A DNA stretch of 64,000 nt from positions 1-64,000 of the forward strand of contig CAWCAG010000009.1 in NCBI GenBank assembly GCA_963793425.1, given 5' to 3'. Under the pieces are notes generated by a model. It was given only the letters and a program-made list of their open reading frames with translations, made no database searches and was not told the origin of the DNA. Both the position numbers and the translations under genes were made by a program. Positions 31,201 through 42,544 of this stretch are shown piece by piece. The first letter of the stretch is position 1. The number at the start of each line of letters is the position of its first letter. The stretch comes from an uncultured cyanobacterium (GTDB lineage: Bacteria; Cyanobacteriota; Cyanobacteriia; Cyanobacteriales; CAWCAG01).

Positions 31201-31995
31201 TTAATTGTTGTTTGTTGTGATAGTTTCTTCAATAACTTCTTCAATTTCTACCACAGGAAAATTAGCTAAATGTGCTAATTCCACAGAAGCGAGAAACTCT
31301 CGCCATTGTTGAGGGTATTCTTCCCGAAGAGATAAAATGCCGAGCAAAGCTTCATTCCAAGCCTTAGCTTTAGCATAAATTTCTACTTTTTCTAAAGAAT
31401 CTTCTGCTTGTTCCTTCAGTTGTATTTCTAGGGATTCATCTAATTCTTGACGTTTTAAATATCCATGTATAGCTGCATCTTTCCCCCCTTCTTCAGTACA
31501 ATATATTTCCAGAAGCCAAATATATTCAGTTCCTGGCTTTAACTCTAACTCTTTGGGCAGTTTAAATTTAACGATACTTGGGCCATCAGGAAGCTCAAAA
31601 GCAGCCTCATAAAGGTCTTCAGGAGACTCCTCATCAAAGATATACAGTTTCCCTCTTTGAGCTTGATGTTCTGGAAGAAACCAAACTATAGTTGGATTAG
31701 AAGTAATGGTTGTGCCAATATTATCTTTAGGCATCAATCCAGTCGTCTCAAGCCCGTTTTTCTTAAAGTTACTTGTTAAGGGAATACATTTATCAGGACA
31801 TCTTGTCCGGGGGGATGTACGTCTTTGTCTTACGGTATTTTGTTCTCTATCACTAGAAGGAAATTCTAGACTAATTTCTTGTTTGGTTGTAGTTTGAGAT
31901 AAATTTGAGGATGCTACAGTAGCATCAGCAGATATAGTAGATGCAAACCCGCCAAACATAATTCCTAGAAAAAGTATTGATTGGCGAAGGTTCAT
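31201..31995 (-). CDS. DUF928 domain protein (tandem paralog)
   Basis: Near-identical N- and C-termini to 30209..30982. Confidence 0.9.
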   Translation of the reverse strand: MNLRQSILFLGIMFGGFASTISADATVASSNLSQTTTKQEISLEFPSSDREQNTVRQRRTSPRTRCPDKCIPLTSNFKKNGLETTGLMPKDNIGTTITSNPTIVWFLPEHQAQRGKLYIFDEESPEDLYEAAFELPDGPSIVKFKLPKELELKPGTEYIWLLEIYCTEEGGKDAAIHGYLKRQELDESLEIQLKEQAEDSLEKVEIYAKAKAWNEALLGILSLREEYPQQWREFLASVELAHLANFPVVEIEEVIEETITTNNN

Positions 31996-32119
31996 AATAG
32001 AGTTGACTCCTTAAAGTGGTGCAAAAGAAATAAGTTAAACAGTTACAGTGGCAATTCTGTAGCACAATTTGTATCTCGAATAATAGTTTACTTGCACTAA
32101 TTAACAAAATAGTTCCGAA

Positions 32120-32593
32120 ATGACAAAACTTCGCTCTTTAATTATTGCCCTTGGGATCGCTTTATTTATGGTAGGGGCTTTTTTTGCTAATCAAGCAGAC
32201 ATGGCAGCTATGCAAAGCAATTCTTCTGCTGCCGGTTTAACAGGGATGGAGAAATTGGCACAAAATTCAGTTCCCTATCAAAAAGCCTTAAACGACGGTA
32301 AACCAACCCTATTGGAGTTTTATGCAGATTGGTGTACCACTTGCCAAGCTATGGCTCCTTTAATTAGTGATTTTCATCATCGCTACGGTGAAGAGATTGA
32401 TTTTGTCACGATTAACATTGATGACCCCCAATGGCGAGGTTTAATTAAGGAATATCGTGTTACGGGTGTACCTCAATTTGAGTTTCTTGATTCTCAAAAA
32501 GAAGTAACCAGAACACTTGTGGGTAGGGTTCCTGAGATGATTTTTAATGAGCAGCTATTAAGAATAATAGGAAGAGAAACTAATAAATCTTAA
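32120..32593 (+). CDS. Membrane-anchored thioredoxin (TxlA-like)
   Basis: EFYADWCTTC, GVP cis-Pro motif, N-terminal TM. Confidence 0.88.
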   Translation: MTKLRSLIIALGIALFMVGAFFANQADMAAMQSNSSAAGLTGMEKLAQNSVPYQKALNDGKPTLLEFYADWCTTCQAMAPLISDFHHRYGEEIDFVTINIDDPQWRGLIKEYRVTGVPQFEFLDSQKEVTRTLVGRVPEMIFNEQLLRIIGRETNKS

Positions 32594-33432
32594 CTATGAA
32601 AAGGTATTACTATTAAAGGGAACAAACTTACAATGATCCCAGCACAAATCCAGAAGTTGAATCCAGAAGGTAACTCTGAATTATTAATTAAGGCATCAAT
32701 TCTTTCTTGTAAGCGATTTTTAGGAACTGGAGTACTAAAAGCAGCACTAAAGTTTTTTGACACCATTAAAGGGGAACTTATCACCGTTAATAGGGCTTCT
32801 GCCAATATTAAAGGATCTACTTTTTGGGCTGCCCAACTATCGGCACGAATTTCTCGTAAGGTGAGGATTTCTTGCCATAATGCTTCTGTATTAGGTAACC
32901 AAAAAGTGATTTTACGTAGCCATCCTAACCAGAAAAACCAAAAGGTATCTCGATAAAATAAATGAGCTTGTTCGTGGGTTAAAACAGCTTCTAAATGCTC
33001 TGGTGACAGAGATGCGATGAATCCTTTGCTCACCACTAATTGAGGCTGCCAAAAGCCAATTTGAGCGCAAAAAAGTAGAGGATTGTCAAGGAGTCGAACG
33101 GAGAATCCTGCTAATTGTTGGGTCGGATAATTATTAATTTCTCGCCTAAATTGACCTGCTTCTGTAGCTAATTTGACTGCGACTATAACGGCTAACAGCA
33201 GCCAACAGATGGTTATTAAGTAGCTAAACCAATCGGTGCTGAGTCCGATCATTTCCCCTTGAGGCCCCATAAAAAGTATGGCGATGCCACTCATCAAAAT
33301 TAAGAGGGGAGGTAAGAGAAAAAGTAGTAATGCTTGTTGCCAACGGGCTATCCAACTTCCTGCAACGGGAAACCAACTTAGTCTCAATAAATAAGCTAAA
33401 CTTACTACCCCAAGGATCATAATTAAGTGCAT
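32590..33432 (-). CDS. M56 family metallopeptidase (BlaR1-like)
   Basis: HEQAH, EIRADSWA, several TM segments. Confidence 0.9.
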   Translation of the reverse strand: MHLIMILGVVSLAYLLRLSWFPVAGSWIARWQQALLLFLLPPLLILMSGIAILFMGPQGEMIGLSTDWFSYLITICWLLLAVIVAVKLATEAGQFRREINNYPTQQLAGFSVRLLDNPLLFCAQIGFWQPQLVVSKGFIASLSPEHLEAVLTHEQAHLFYRDTFWFFWLGWLRKITFWLPNTEALWQEILTLREIRADSWAAQKVDPLILAEALLTVISSPLMVSKNFSAAFSTPVPKNRLQERIDALINNSELPSGFNFWICAGIIVSLFPLIVIPFHS

Positions 33433-33497
33433 TTATCCTTTCCCCCATCTCCTTAAATTTCTACTTCTACTGGTGTGACCCAGCTAAGATTCTGTGT

Positions 33498-33556
33498 TAG
33501 GGCGGGTTTATTGGATTTAATGTCAATCTCACGATTTGACTCAAAAACCGCCCCTA
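33498..33556. repeat. REP-like inverted repeat
   Basis: TAGGGCGGGTTT...AAACCGCCCCTA. Confidence 0.6.
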
Positions 33557-33979
33557 CTCTCCGTCACTTTCCCGAACCTGGCGGGCTTTTTGAATGCGCT
33601 GGGCAATAGCAGCAATCTGTTCTACGCTAGCTTTATCCAGGCTATCAGCAAAGGCAGCCACCACATCAGGGTTGCCTACCTCTAAGAAGCGATTAAGTTG
33701 GTCATGGGCTTGAATTACTTCAGCTTCTTGGCGAGAGATGCGGGGTTGCCAACAAAAAGCTCTTTCTTCTCGGTCACAAGCTAACCAACCTTTTTCAGTG
33801 AGACGACGCAATACTGTCGTAACCGAAGTATAAGCTAATTCTCGATTAGGATCTTCTAAGATGCGATCGCGGACTTCTTTAACACTAGCGGATTTTAATT
33901 CCCAAACGATTTCTAAAACTTCTCTTTCTAAAGGCCCAAGAGAGATTTTTTTGGGGCGATAATCAGGCAAAGGACTCAT
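33554..33979 (-). CDS. BlaI/MecI/CopY family transcriptional regulator
   Basis: LGPLEREVLEIVW, LAYTSVTTVLRRLTEKG. Confidence 0.93.
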   Translation of the reverse strand: MSPLPDYRPKKISLGPLEREVLEIVWELKSASVKEVRDRILEDPNRELAYTSVTTVLRRLTEKGWLACDREERAFCWQPRISRQEAEVIQAHDQLNRFLEVGNPDVVAAFADSLDKASVEQIAAIAQRIQKARQVRESDGE

Positions 33980-34024
33980 AAAATTACAAATGGTAAATGT
34001 TTAATGATAAATGTTTAATGTTGA

Positions 34025-35647
34025 TTACCAAAACCCTCGCTTACCGCTGGGTAAAACAGTATTCCAGTTAGTTTTAGCTTGGGATAATTGTTCTTCGGTT
34101 ACTTTCGCATTACTAAGGTCTGCCCCTGATAAATTTGCTCCTTTTAAGTTAGCGTTACTAAGATGGGCATTACTAAGATCAGCCCCCCGTAAGTCCGCAT
34201 TTCCTAAATTGGCATAATTGAAGTAAGCCCGACATAAAATAGCATCTTTTAAAATCGCGTTAGTTAAGTTAGCCTTACCAAAATTAGTATTAGCTAAATC
34301 AGCCCCCTGTAGATTAGCCCTGGTTAACCGAGATTCATTAAAGTGGCTATCACAAAGACTTGTTTGTTGTAAGTCTATGCCGCTTAAATTTTGGCTGGTA
34401 AAATCCCTTCTACCTTTTTTGTAACCTTCCAGTAGAGAATTTTTATCTAATCTGGTTAGGTTTTTCCTCCGTCCAGAAGAACTAAGCTGCCCACTGGCCA
34501 TTCTCCCGGAAGTGCTATTCATTCCTCCTATAGAGTTCCCTGCTGCTGTATCTTGTTGTTTCAGCCGTTCTCTCCGGGCGCGAATTTTTTCGGCCATAGA
34601 ACTAACTCTTTTAGATGAAGAGGATGGTAAAGTATCAGCAGTATTACTAGCTCGATTAAAATTATTGGGTAAGTTAAAAGTATCTGTTTGACCTTTTTTT
34701 GGGGTGTTAACTTTAGTAACTAAACTTTCTGCTAACCCCTCTAAATAAGGTTCTAAATCCAAAGCCCGTAGCACATCATCAGTTTTTTGGTAACGATGCC
34801 GTACCCCCACCTCGAGCATTTTACCGAGTACTTGAGCTAAATGATCACTGATATCAACGTATTTGCGCCAAACCATTTCTCCTGTTGCTGGGTTATAGTC
34901 CAAGTCTTTAGGGGCTTTCCCGGTGAGCAGATAAATACTAGTTACCCCAATGGCGTAGATATCACTGGCATAAACTGGTCGCATAGCCATTTGTTCTGGG
35001 GGGGCAAAACCTGGAGTCCCGATGGCAAATTGAGTAAAAGCAGTTTGATCCGCAGAATCGGAGGTTTGTTCTGGGGTGATCTGATTTTTAACGGCTCCAA
35101 AGTCAATGAGTACTAATTTCTTATCTTGTTCCCGGCGAATTAGGTTAGCGGGTTTGATGTCTCGGTGAATCACTTTTTGGGAGTGAATGTACTGAATCAT
35201 CGGCATGATTTCACTGAGAAATTGCTTCACTCCTGCTTCGGTGAGGGGACCGTTGCGCTTAATTTCTTGCTGGAGGTTATTGCCTTTGACGTATTCTTGG
35301 ACTAAATAAAAATTCTCATTTTCCTCAAAATAGTCTAGTAATCTCGGTACTTGAGGATGATTACCAATGCGACCTAATGTTTCTGCTTCTCGTTCAAATA
35401 ACTCCCGGGCCATTTGTAAAATATGAGGAGAACTACTAGAAGGGCGTAGTTGTTTAATCACACAACTCGGCTTTCCTGGGAGAGATAGATCGCGGGCTAA
35501 AAAAGTTGCTCCAAATCCTCCTTGTCCAAGGCATAGTAGCCCTAAATAGCGGCTCTTCAGCAGTAAAGAGGAACCACAAGATTTACAGGATTTAACTGAG
35601 TCTGGATTTTTGGGCTGAGGACAGGCAGGATTAAGGCAGTAGCTCAT
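34025..35647 (-). CDS. Ser/Thr protein kinase with pentapeptide repeats (SpkB-like)
   Basis: CLNPAC, LGQGGFG, HRDIKPAN, DFG; C-terminal A(D/N)Lxx repeats. Confidence 0.95.
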   Translation of the reverse strand: MSYCLNPACPQPKNPDSVKSCKSCGSSLLLKSRYLGLLCLGQGGFGATFLARDLSLPGKPSCVIKQLRPSSSSPHILQMARELFEREAETLGRIGNHPQVPRLLDYFEENENFYLVQEYVKGNNLQQEIKRNGPLTEAGVKQFLSEIMPMIQYIHSQKVIHRDIKPANLIRREQDKKLVLIDFGAVKNQITPEQTSDSADQTAFTQFAIGTPGFAPPEQMAMRPVYASDIYAIGVTSIYLLTGKAPKDLDYNPATGEMVWRKYVDISDHLAQVLGKMLEVGVRHRYQKTDDVLRALDLEPYLEGLAESLVTKVNTPKKGQTDTFNLPNNFNRASNTADTLPSSSSKRVSSMAEKIRARRERLKQQDTAAGNSIGGMNSTSGRMASGQLSSSGRRKNLTRLDKNSLLEGYKKGRRDFTSQNLSGIDLQQTSLCDSHFNESRLTRANLQGADLANTNFGKANLTNAILKDAILCRAYFNYANLGNADLRGADLSNAHLSNANLKGANLSGADLSNAKVTEEQLSQAKTNWNTVLPSGKRGFW

Positions 35648-36174
35648 TCAGCGTCACCGATGTTGCGTTGTCTGGGCTAGGACTAGTAAGTAGTTTGTCA
35701 ATTTTCCATTGACGGGTTAGAGAAACAGGGCAGGGGGAAAGTAATCTCTAAATCTAATCCGGACATAGTGCTAGCTGTCATCCGAGAATTCGGTGTGACA
35801 AATACACAGTTTTTAGTAGATATATTTTCAGTGTAAACCTTTGGCATACTCTCCTGCCAACAATTTGAAGTAAATTTGCTCAGCATCAAGAGTATTACTT
35901 GTAGTTTCACCCAACGACGGAGTTAAACACCCTGTTTATTGTTGGTGACGAATCACCAAATTTCCCTTGCCCACTTAGGATATCTTATTTTTCTTAATTC
36001 AAACTTGCTTAAGACTACTTTTTTTTAAAGAGTTCCCCTGATATATTCATTTTGCCCAAAATTAGCCTTGGAGTTTTCGGTAACTACCAAAATCAATTTG
36101 AGGGAGGCTCTATTGGGCGAGACTAGCTTAAGATAAAATACACAGCAGTGATAGTAGGTAGAAGCTAGTAGTAA

Positions 36175-38607
36175 ATGCGTATCTCTTTAAACTGGCTGCG
36201 GGAATTAGTAGACGTTAATCTTTCCCCAGAAGAATTGGCCAAAACCCTAACAATAGCAGGTTTTGAGGTAGAAGAAATCGAAGATCGCCATACTTTGGCC
36301 GCTGGAGTGGTGGTGGGTAAGGTGGTTGAATGTCAGCCCCACCCAAATGCTGATAAGTTAAGTGTTTGTCAAGTTGATATTGGCGAAAAAGAGCTTTCTC
36401 AAATTGTCTGTGGGGCTGCTAATGTCAAGGTGGATATTTATGTTCCTGTGGCTACGGTAGGAGCCTATTTACCCGCAGTAGAGATTAAAATCAAGGCAGC
36501 AAAATTACGGGGAGAGCGTTCAGCAGGGATGATTTGTTCTTTAGCTGAACTAGGTTTAGCCAAAGAATCTGAAGGGATTTATATTTTTCCTGGGGAAGAT
36601 TTAGTGCCAGGAAAGGAAGTAGCCCCTTTATTGGGATTAAACGATCTTGTTTTGGATTTGGCCACCACAGCTAACCGTGCGGATGCTTTGAGTATGGTAG
36701 GAGTAGCGCGGGAAGTTGCCGCTTTAACTGGGGGTAAGGTAAAGTTGCCCCCATCTCCAGAGTTAGAAGTTAGTAGCCAGGATGGCCTCAAATTAGATAT
36801 TGCTGATGCCAAAGCTTGCCCAGCTTATATTGGTACGGTAATTAAAAACTTACAAATTGCTCCTTCCCCAGAATGGTTAAAGTGGCGTTTAGAGGCTGCT
36901 GGAGTCCGACCAATTAATAATATTGTTGATATTACCAATTATGTGCTTTTAGAATGGGGACAGCCCCTCCATGCTTTTGATCTTCAGCGTTTACAAGCTG
37001 TAGCTGGGGGCAATAATTTAATTATGGGGGTCGGCTTTTCTGCTCCAGGAGAATCATTAAAAACCTTAGATGGTCAAGAGCGTCAGTTAAAATCCTCTAA
37101 CCTCCTCATTCAGGCCAATGGTAAACCTATTGCCTTAGCAGGGGTGATGGGGGGAGAAGCAACAGAAGTTCATGAAGAAACCCAAGAGATCCTCCTCGAA
37201 GCCGCCCTTTTTGACCCCGTAGTTATTCGTCGCTCCTCCCGGAGCCAGAATTTGCGTACAGAAGCCTCTTCCCGCTACGAACGCAGCGTTAACCAAGCAG
37301 AGCTAGCAGTAGCTTGTAATCGGGGGATCGCTCTGTTACAAGAGCTTGCTGGAGGCAATGTGGTTAAGCAAGCAATTGCCGATGCCAGACCAGATCCTAG
37401 TAGTTGGAGTCGTTCTATTGAGTTACGCTTAAGCAGAATTAATCAGATTTTGGGTCAAGTTAAGCAAGGAGATGGTACAGGTTACATCACCCAAGAAGAT
37501 GTGGAAAAAATTCTCACTGCTTTGGGATGCCAATTAACTAGTACAGATTCCCAAACTTGGACGGTTAAAGTCCCTCCTTACCGCTACCGAGATTTAGAGC
37601 GAGAAATTGATCTAATTGAAGAAGTTGCTCGTCTTTACGGTTATGATCATTTCTGCGATACCTTACCCAGCAAAACTCAACCGGGATATCTTCCTAGTAG
37701 TGAAAAAGTTAAACGCAAAGTTCGTCGGGCTTTCCAAGCCGTAGGTTTAACAGAAGTTGTACATTACTCCTTAGTTAAACCGGAAGGAGAAGAAGTGGTT
37801 TTAGATAACCCCTTATTCAGTGAGTATTCATCTCTGCGTACAGATTTACTCGGTGGTTTAATCAATGCCTTTCAATACAACTACTCACGGGGTAATGGTT
37901 CCCTGAATGCCTTTGAATTTGGGCGAATTTTCTGGCGTGGTGAAGAGGGCTTAGGAGAAGCTGATTCTGTAGCGGGGATTTTGGGAGGAGATTTTTATCC
38001 CCAAGGACGTTGGCTTAAAGGCGGTAAATCTGTTCCCATAACTTGGTTTGAGGCGAAAGGTTGCTTAGAAAGTGCTTTTGCTTTGTTAGGTTTGCAGGTA
38101 GAGTACCAACCTAGTAACCAAGATGAAAGATTACATCCGGGCCGTACTGCTTCTCTGTGGATAAGTGGTAAACGTTTAGGAACTTTTGGTCAAATCCATC
38201 CTCAACTAAGGAAAGAAAAGGATTTACCTGATGAAGTTTACATCTTTATTCTTTCTGCCCCAGTACTTTTAGAAACTTTGGAACCCCAAGAAACCAAAAG
38301 TAACAAGTTTCAACCATTTTCTACCTATCCGGCAGCGGAAAGAGATATTGCCTTTTTTGCTTCTGTAGAGACTTCTGTCGCCCAATTAGTTCAAGGTATG
38401 AAAAAAGCCGGGGGAAAACTCCTCAACAAAGTGGAATTGTTTGATGAGTATCAAGGAGAAAATGTTCCTGAAGGAGAGCGTAGCTTGGCTTTCAGCCTTG
38501 CCTACAGAGCTAGCGATCGCACTTTAACAGAGCAAGATATTGAACCTGTACATCAAAAAGTTAGAGAGGCTTTGACAGATAAGTTTAGGGTAACTTTAAG
38601 GAGTTGA
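36175..38607 (+). CDS. pheT: Phenylalanine-tRNA ligase beta subunit
   Basis: [42 protein letters not shown]. Confidence 0.98.
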   Translation: MRISLNWLRELVDVNLSPEELAKTLTIAGFEVEEIEDRHTLAAGVVVGKVVECQPHPNADKLSVCQVDIGEKELSQIVCGAANVKVDIYVPVATVGAYLPAVEIKIKAAKLRGERSAGMICSLAELGLAKESEGIYIFPGEDLVPGKEVAPLLGLNDLVLDLATTANRADALSMVGVAREVAALTGGKVKLPPSPELEVSSQDGLKLDIADAKACPAYIGTVIKNLQIAPSPEWLKWRLEAAGVRPINNIVDITNYVLLEWGQPLHAFDLQRLQAVAGGNNLIMGVGFSAPGESLKTLDGQERQLKSSNLLIQANGKPIALAGVMGGEATEVHEETQEILLEAALFDPVVIRRSSRSQNLRTEASSRYERSVNQAELAVACNRGIALLQELAGGNVVKQAIADARPDPSSWSRSIELRLSRINQILGQVKQGDGTGYITQEDVEKILTALGCQLTSTDSQTWTVKVPPYRYRDLEREIDLIEEVARLYGYDHFCDTLPSKTQPGYLPSSEKVKRKVRRAFQAVGLTEVVHYSLVKPEGEEVVLDNPLFSEYSSLRTDLLGGLINAFQYNYSRGNGSLNAFEFGRIFWRGEEGLGEADSVAGILGGDFYPQGRWLKGGKSVPITWFEAKGCLESAFALLGLQVEYQPSNQDERLHPGRTASLWISGKRLGTFGQIHPQLRKEKDLPDEVYIFILSAPVLLETLEPQETKSNKFQPFSTYPAAERDIAFFASVETSVAQLVQGMKKAGGKLLNKVELFDEYQGENVPEGERSLAFSLAYRASDRTLTEQDIEPVHQKVREALTDKFRVTLRS

Positions 38608-38637
38608 TTAAAACTTAATTTCCTAATCTTTGAAAGA

Positions 38638-39060
38638 ATGAACTTTATGGAAAACTTACTTTCTAAACGCCTCAAAGTAGCGCTGTTATGTGGTGCAATC
38701 ACAACAGCTATTGTATTACTATACAACTTTGATCCTGCTGCACCAGACACTTTTTTCCCCGCCAGCCCTTTCCGAAGTTTAACAAATTTGTATTGCCCAG
38801 GCTGTGGAACAACACGCGGTTTACATCAAATTTTACATGGTAACATCTTAGCGGCTTTGGATTTGAATCCTTTAATGGTTCTATTCCTGCCGTACTTAAT
38901 TTATGCCTTCTGTGCCTACAGCGCCCCAGTTATTACCAGTTATAGGTTGCCTCAACCTTATGTTAAAGGTAAATGGATTTGGGGTTTGTTAGTTATTGTT
39001 TTAGCCTATTGGGTATTAAGAAATTTGCCGATGTGGCCTTTTTCTTGGTTAGCGCCGTAA
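38638..39060 (+). CDS. DUF2752 membrane protein
   Basis: CPGCGTTRG, NPL, YWVLRNLP. Confidence 0.88.
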   Translation: MNFMENLLSKRLKVALLCGAITTAIVLLYNFDPAAPDTFFPASPFRSLTNLYCPGCGTTRGLHQILHGNILAALDLNPLMVLFLPYLIYAFCAYSAPVITSYRLPQPYVKGKWIWGLLVIVLAYWVLRNLPMWPFSWLAP

Positions 39061-39068
39061 TTCAATGA

Positions 39069-39383
39069 TCAATCATCCAAGATCCATTCTGACTCTCGCT
39101 CTCCTAAATCTAATGGTAAACTAATAGCCTTGCCTAAACGAGGGCGATCGCGGGCTTTGGTGATGAAAGCTTGTACTTGAGATACTCCACCCCAAGCATT
39201 AAGATAAGCAGACACTGTATCAAGATGAGCCAAATATTCTGCTTCAGAAAGAGGAAAAGAGGCTTGTTCTAAATATTTCCACATTACTTGGAAAAAAATC
39301 TTTCCTCTAATACGCCGTAGCTGGACATCATAAGAACGTCCCCATTTACTAAGTAATAGTTGCTGCAATTGTTCGCCAGTCAT
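39069..39383 (-). CDS. DUF3067 family protein
   Basis: KWGRSYDVQL, QVMWKYLEQASFPL. Confidence 0.88.
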   Translation of the reverse strand: MTGEQLQQLLLSKWGRSYDVQLRRIRGKIFFQVMWKYLEQASFPLSEAEYLAHLDTVSAYLNAWGGVSQVQAFITKARDRPRLGKAISLPLDLGERESEWILDD

Positions 39384-39455
39384 GGAATGATTACTTTTTT
39401 TCTGTCCTTGTGCTTTGCCCTCTTCTCCTACCTTAACTTGGTTTTAATTAAGAGA

Positions 39456-40055
39456 TCATCTGGCGCGAAGTTCGGTTTCGACAAGATCCAAATCTTCTTT
39501 CAGGAAAACAGTCATTTTCCCGGTAAAAGTTCTGCCGCGATGTTCCCCCGCCATTTCTTCCACCATCTCTAACCAATAAGCATAGCGATCCCCTAAGCGT
39601 AATTCTCCTTTAGTAGCGGCGAGGAGAGGTAAATTTTTGCGCCTAGCGATTTCCTCCATTTCTCTGGTGGGGTAGGCGTAGATGATGCGAGCATTAGTAT
39701 AATCTTGGTAAATGCTGACATCGTAAATTACTCGTAAAGATTCCTCTAACCGATCTCGGTTTACACCATTAACCCGGTCATAAAAAGAAAATTGTTCAGC
39801 ACGGATCAAGTTTTTGTTAGCTTGGTATGATCCTAAAGGGGGAATAACAGAAGCATGAAACTCGAAGCTTTGGAAGGCAGTATTATTCCTGCGTACAGTT
39901 AAGCCATCTCCTACGGTAGGTCGTAAACTACTATTACCATTAATCCAAGCTACCACAGTTGACTTTTTCTGACCGGGTAAAGCTTGTGCCGAAACTGCGC
40001 CTAAGCTCAAAATCACTCCAACAGATAGAAGTAGTTTGAGAGAATACTTAAACAC
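39456..40055 (-). CDS. Exported hypothetical protein
   Basis: Signal peptide ending AQA-LPGQ; 199-aa ORF. Confidence 0.75.
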   Translation of the reverse strand: MFKYSLKLLLSVGVILSLGAVSAQALPGQKKSTVVAWINGNSSLRPTVGDGLTVRRNNTAFQSFEFHASVIPPLGSYQANKNLIRAEQFSFYDRVNGVNRDRLEESLRVIYDVSIYQDYTNARIIYAYPTREMEEIARRKNLPLLAATKGELRLGDRYAYWLEMVEEMAGEHRGRTFTGKMTVFLKEDLDLVETELRAR

Positions 40056-40112
40056 GGTTGTCCTCCTTTGCTAATTTTAAATGGGTGTTTTCTATGATTC
40101 CCATTCAGAGGG

Positions 40113-42539
40113 TTAATTGTTATCGACTAAGGGATAAAGATTTTGCCAAGCACGAAAAATATTACCCTGCATGAGGGCGGCAATGCCATTAATGGCCTGA
40201 AATTCTTGAGAATCAGGATTTTGTTGTAAAGCTGGTTGAATAGCTTTTTGGGCAGTGCGGGGATGGAAGTCGTAGAGGTTGACAAAAGCTAAGTAAGCGT
40301 GGGGATAAGGATTTTGAGAATCGAGGGCAATAATTTGTTGTAAAGCTTCCTTCGTTCCCTGTACATCCCGTTGCAAAGCCCTTGCTAAAGCTAAGCCATA
40401 GCCCCAGTTGAGGTTTTTTCTTTGCTGCAATCTATACACTAAAGCAGTCTCAGCTTGTGCCAGGTAATCTTGGGTGGGGTCGTATTGATTGATTCGACCT
40501 GTTTGGGCAAAAATTGGTTCTAAGCCTGTTATACCTTCACTTAAGCCAGGGGCAATGTTACGCAACTGAGTGACTAAATCTAACTCCGGGGCGGGTATAG
40601 CTGCTACTTGAGGGTTGATTTTGATGGTTACTTCCGGCACTACTAGAGGGTAGCTTTCCCCCGTTTTACGGTTAAGGTAAGTTGCTTGGAGTTGATATTC
40701 TCCCGGCTGTAATTCTATTTCCGGCAGCATTGCAGTACGTTCAGTAACCTGGAAGCTATCCTGGAAATCTTCAAGGTGCAATTGCCCCAAACCAATACCA
40801 TGATCATGGAACCAAGAAGTATTTGCACCCACATTCTCCCGATGTTGCCAAGTTAACACTACCAAACCAGCTTGTAATTCCGGACTGGGGCCAGTCCATT
40901 GATAGGTAACGGGGATGGGTTGCCCTGGGGGTGCTTGTGAGGGAATATTGATACTAGCTAGTTTAACTTGGGTTCCTTTGTTGGGGAGAGATTGCACAGC
41001 AACGGCAGGAAGCTTTTTACGGTAAAGTTTGAGAAGGGTATTATCAGGTAAAGTCCAAGTTTTAGCAGAAAAGAAATCTTGCCCTGACTCCACTCTTTGT
41101 ACCATTTGAGTTTGGGAAGGGGGGACACTTCCTAAGTCCCCAGTTTTGGTAACAAACCAATCAAAGGCGCGGGCATCAGTAGCAATAAATTCTTCTTTTC
41201 CTGAGACTTCCCGTCCATAAACTTGGAAGTTTGTCAATGCACCGTAGTAATTGAAATTGTGGTTGTTAAGTTGCGGGGTACTCATCAACACCCCCAGGTT
41301 GGTTTGCAAGTGAGGAGTTGTGCGGTTAATTTTGGCAATTACTTCTTCATGGGGCCAAGTTGCACCTAAATAGGGATGATATTGGGCATTGGGGCTTAAA
41401 AGCTGAGTTATGTATGTTCCTATGCCACTACTCACAGGAAAGAGATTTAAACACATCAGCAAAAAGCTTAAACCCATTGTTCCCCAAGCCACCCCTCGCC
41501 ACCGTTTGGGATACAAAGTTAAACCATAACCCAGTACCACAGCCAAAACTGGGTAAGCAACCATGACATAGCGAGTATCTTTGTTGACGATGGCGGAATT
41601 GATTAAATAGGCAGGGATAAAGAAGATGAGTAGCCAACGCAAGGTTGAAGTTTGAGGCAATTTGCGCCACCAACGGGGTAAATAAAGCAGGAAACCGACT
41701 ATGGGAACTAATAGTAAAGGAAAAGTGAAAGCAACAGGGAGAGTTTGTAAATAATGAGTCCAAGCCGCTAAGGTATTGAGGGGAGGATCTCCTTCTGCCA
41801 TTGCCCCGCCGACAATGCCCCTTTCATAACTACTAATAGCAAAAAGCCAATTGGTACGATACCAAGGGCCACAAATAAGTAAAGTAAGTAACAAAGCTGT
41901 AATTAATTGGGCGATCGCCTGCCATTTTCTTTGCCAAATCATTGTTGCACCTATCCACAAAAGTGGGAAGCAGAAAAAGATTAAGATTGTTGGTTTAGCT
42001 AACATTGCTAAGCCAAAGCAAAAGCCAAAACCCAATGCCCAATACCAACTCTTTCCCCTGTGCCAAATTGTCAGAGAAGTAAAGCTAGCTGCCCCCATCG
42101 CAATTAAGGAATAATCTACTAGATAATTAAGGCGGAGAATATAAAAAGCTGGCAACAAAACACAAATGCCTGCCCCCCAAAGTCCCGCCTGACTGTTAAA
42201 AAGTTCCTTACCTAACAAATAAACAGAAGTAAGTAAAATCCCACTAAAAAAAAGATTAACCAACAAAGCATTATCAGGACTGCTACCAAAAACTTGTTGC
42301 CAAGGGGCCGTACTAACATAAGTTAAGGGAGGATACTTTTTAGAAAGCATCCACAAACTTTGCCACCAAGTTCCAGATAATAATTGAGCATTTTGTAGAG
42401 CGTTTAAATAATTGAGTGAACCCGTAAGATGGTTACCTTGATCCCAAGCTGGCACACTTTTATCTAATGCTAACCACAGGCGATCGCGCAATACAGCTAT
42501 TAACCAAATAGCAACGAGAATACATTTATCATTAAACAT
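40113..42539 (-). CDS. Glycosyltransferase family 39-like membrane protein with C-terminal TPR
   Basis: PAWDQGNH, YPPL, many TM helices, KDTRY. Confidence 0.85.
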   Translation of the reverse strand: MFNDKCILVAIWLIAVLRDRLWLALDKSVPAWDQGNHLTGSLNYLNALQNAQLLSGTWWQSLWMLSKKYPPLTYVSTAPWQQVFGSSPDNALLVNLFFSGILLTSVYLLGKELFNSQAGLWGAGICVLLPAFYILRLNYLVDYSLIAMGAASFTSLTIWHRGKSWYWALGFGFCFGLAMLAKPTILIFFCFPLLWIGATMIWQRKWQAIAQLITALLLTLLICGPWYRTNWLFAISSYERGIVGGAMAEGDPPLNTLAAWTHYLQTLPVAFTFPLLLVPIVGFLLYLPRWWRKLPQTSTLRWLLIFFIPAYLINSAIVNKDTRYVMVAYPVLAVVLGYGLTLYPKRWRGVAWGTMGLSFLLMCLNLFPVSSGIGTYITQLLSPNAQYHPYLGATWPHEEVIAKINRTTPHLQTNLGVLMSTPQLNNHNFNYYGALTNFQVYGREVSGKEEFIATDARAFDWFVTKTGDLGSVPPSQTQMVQRVESGQDFFSAKTWTLPDNTLLKLYRKKLPAVAVQSLPNKGTQVKLASINIPSQAPPGQPIPVTYQWTGPSPELQAGLVVLTWQHRENVGANTSWFHDHGIGLGQLHLEDFQDSFQVTERTAMLPEIELQPGEYQLQATYLNRKTGESYPLVVPEVTIKINPQVAAIPAPELDLVTQLRNIAPGLSEGITGLEPIFAQTGRINQYDPTQDYLAQAETALVYRLQQRKNLNWGYGLALARALQRDVQGTKEALQQIIALDSQNPYPHAYLAFVNLYDFHPRTAQKAIQPALQQNPDSQEFQAINGIAALMQGNIFRAWQNLYPLVDNN

Positions 42540-42544
42540 TAAAC

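Noticed and set aside
30209..31995. Tandem DUF928 genes next to a CHASE2 cyclase as a novel system
   Set aside because: A common arrangement in cyanobacteria
35698..35910. 70-aa ORF upstream of the Ser/Thr kinase, and other short antisense ORFs in the track
   Set aside because: No motifs; most are shadows of longer genes on the opposite strand
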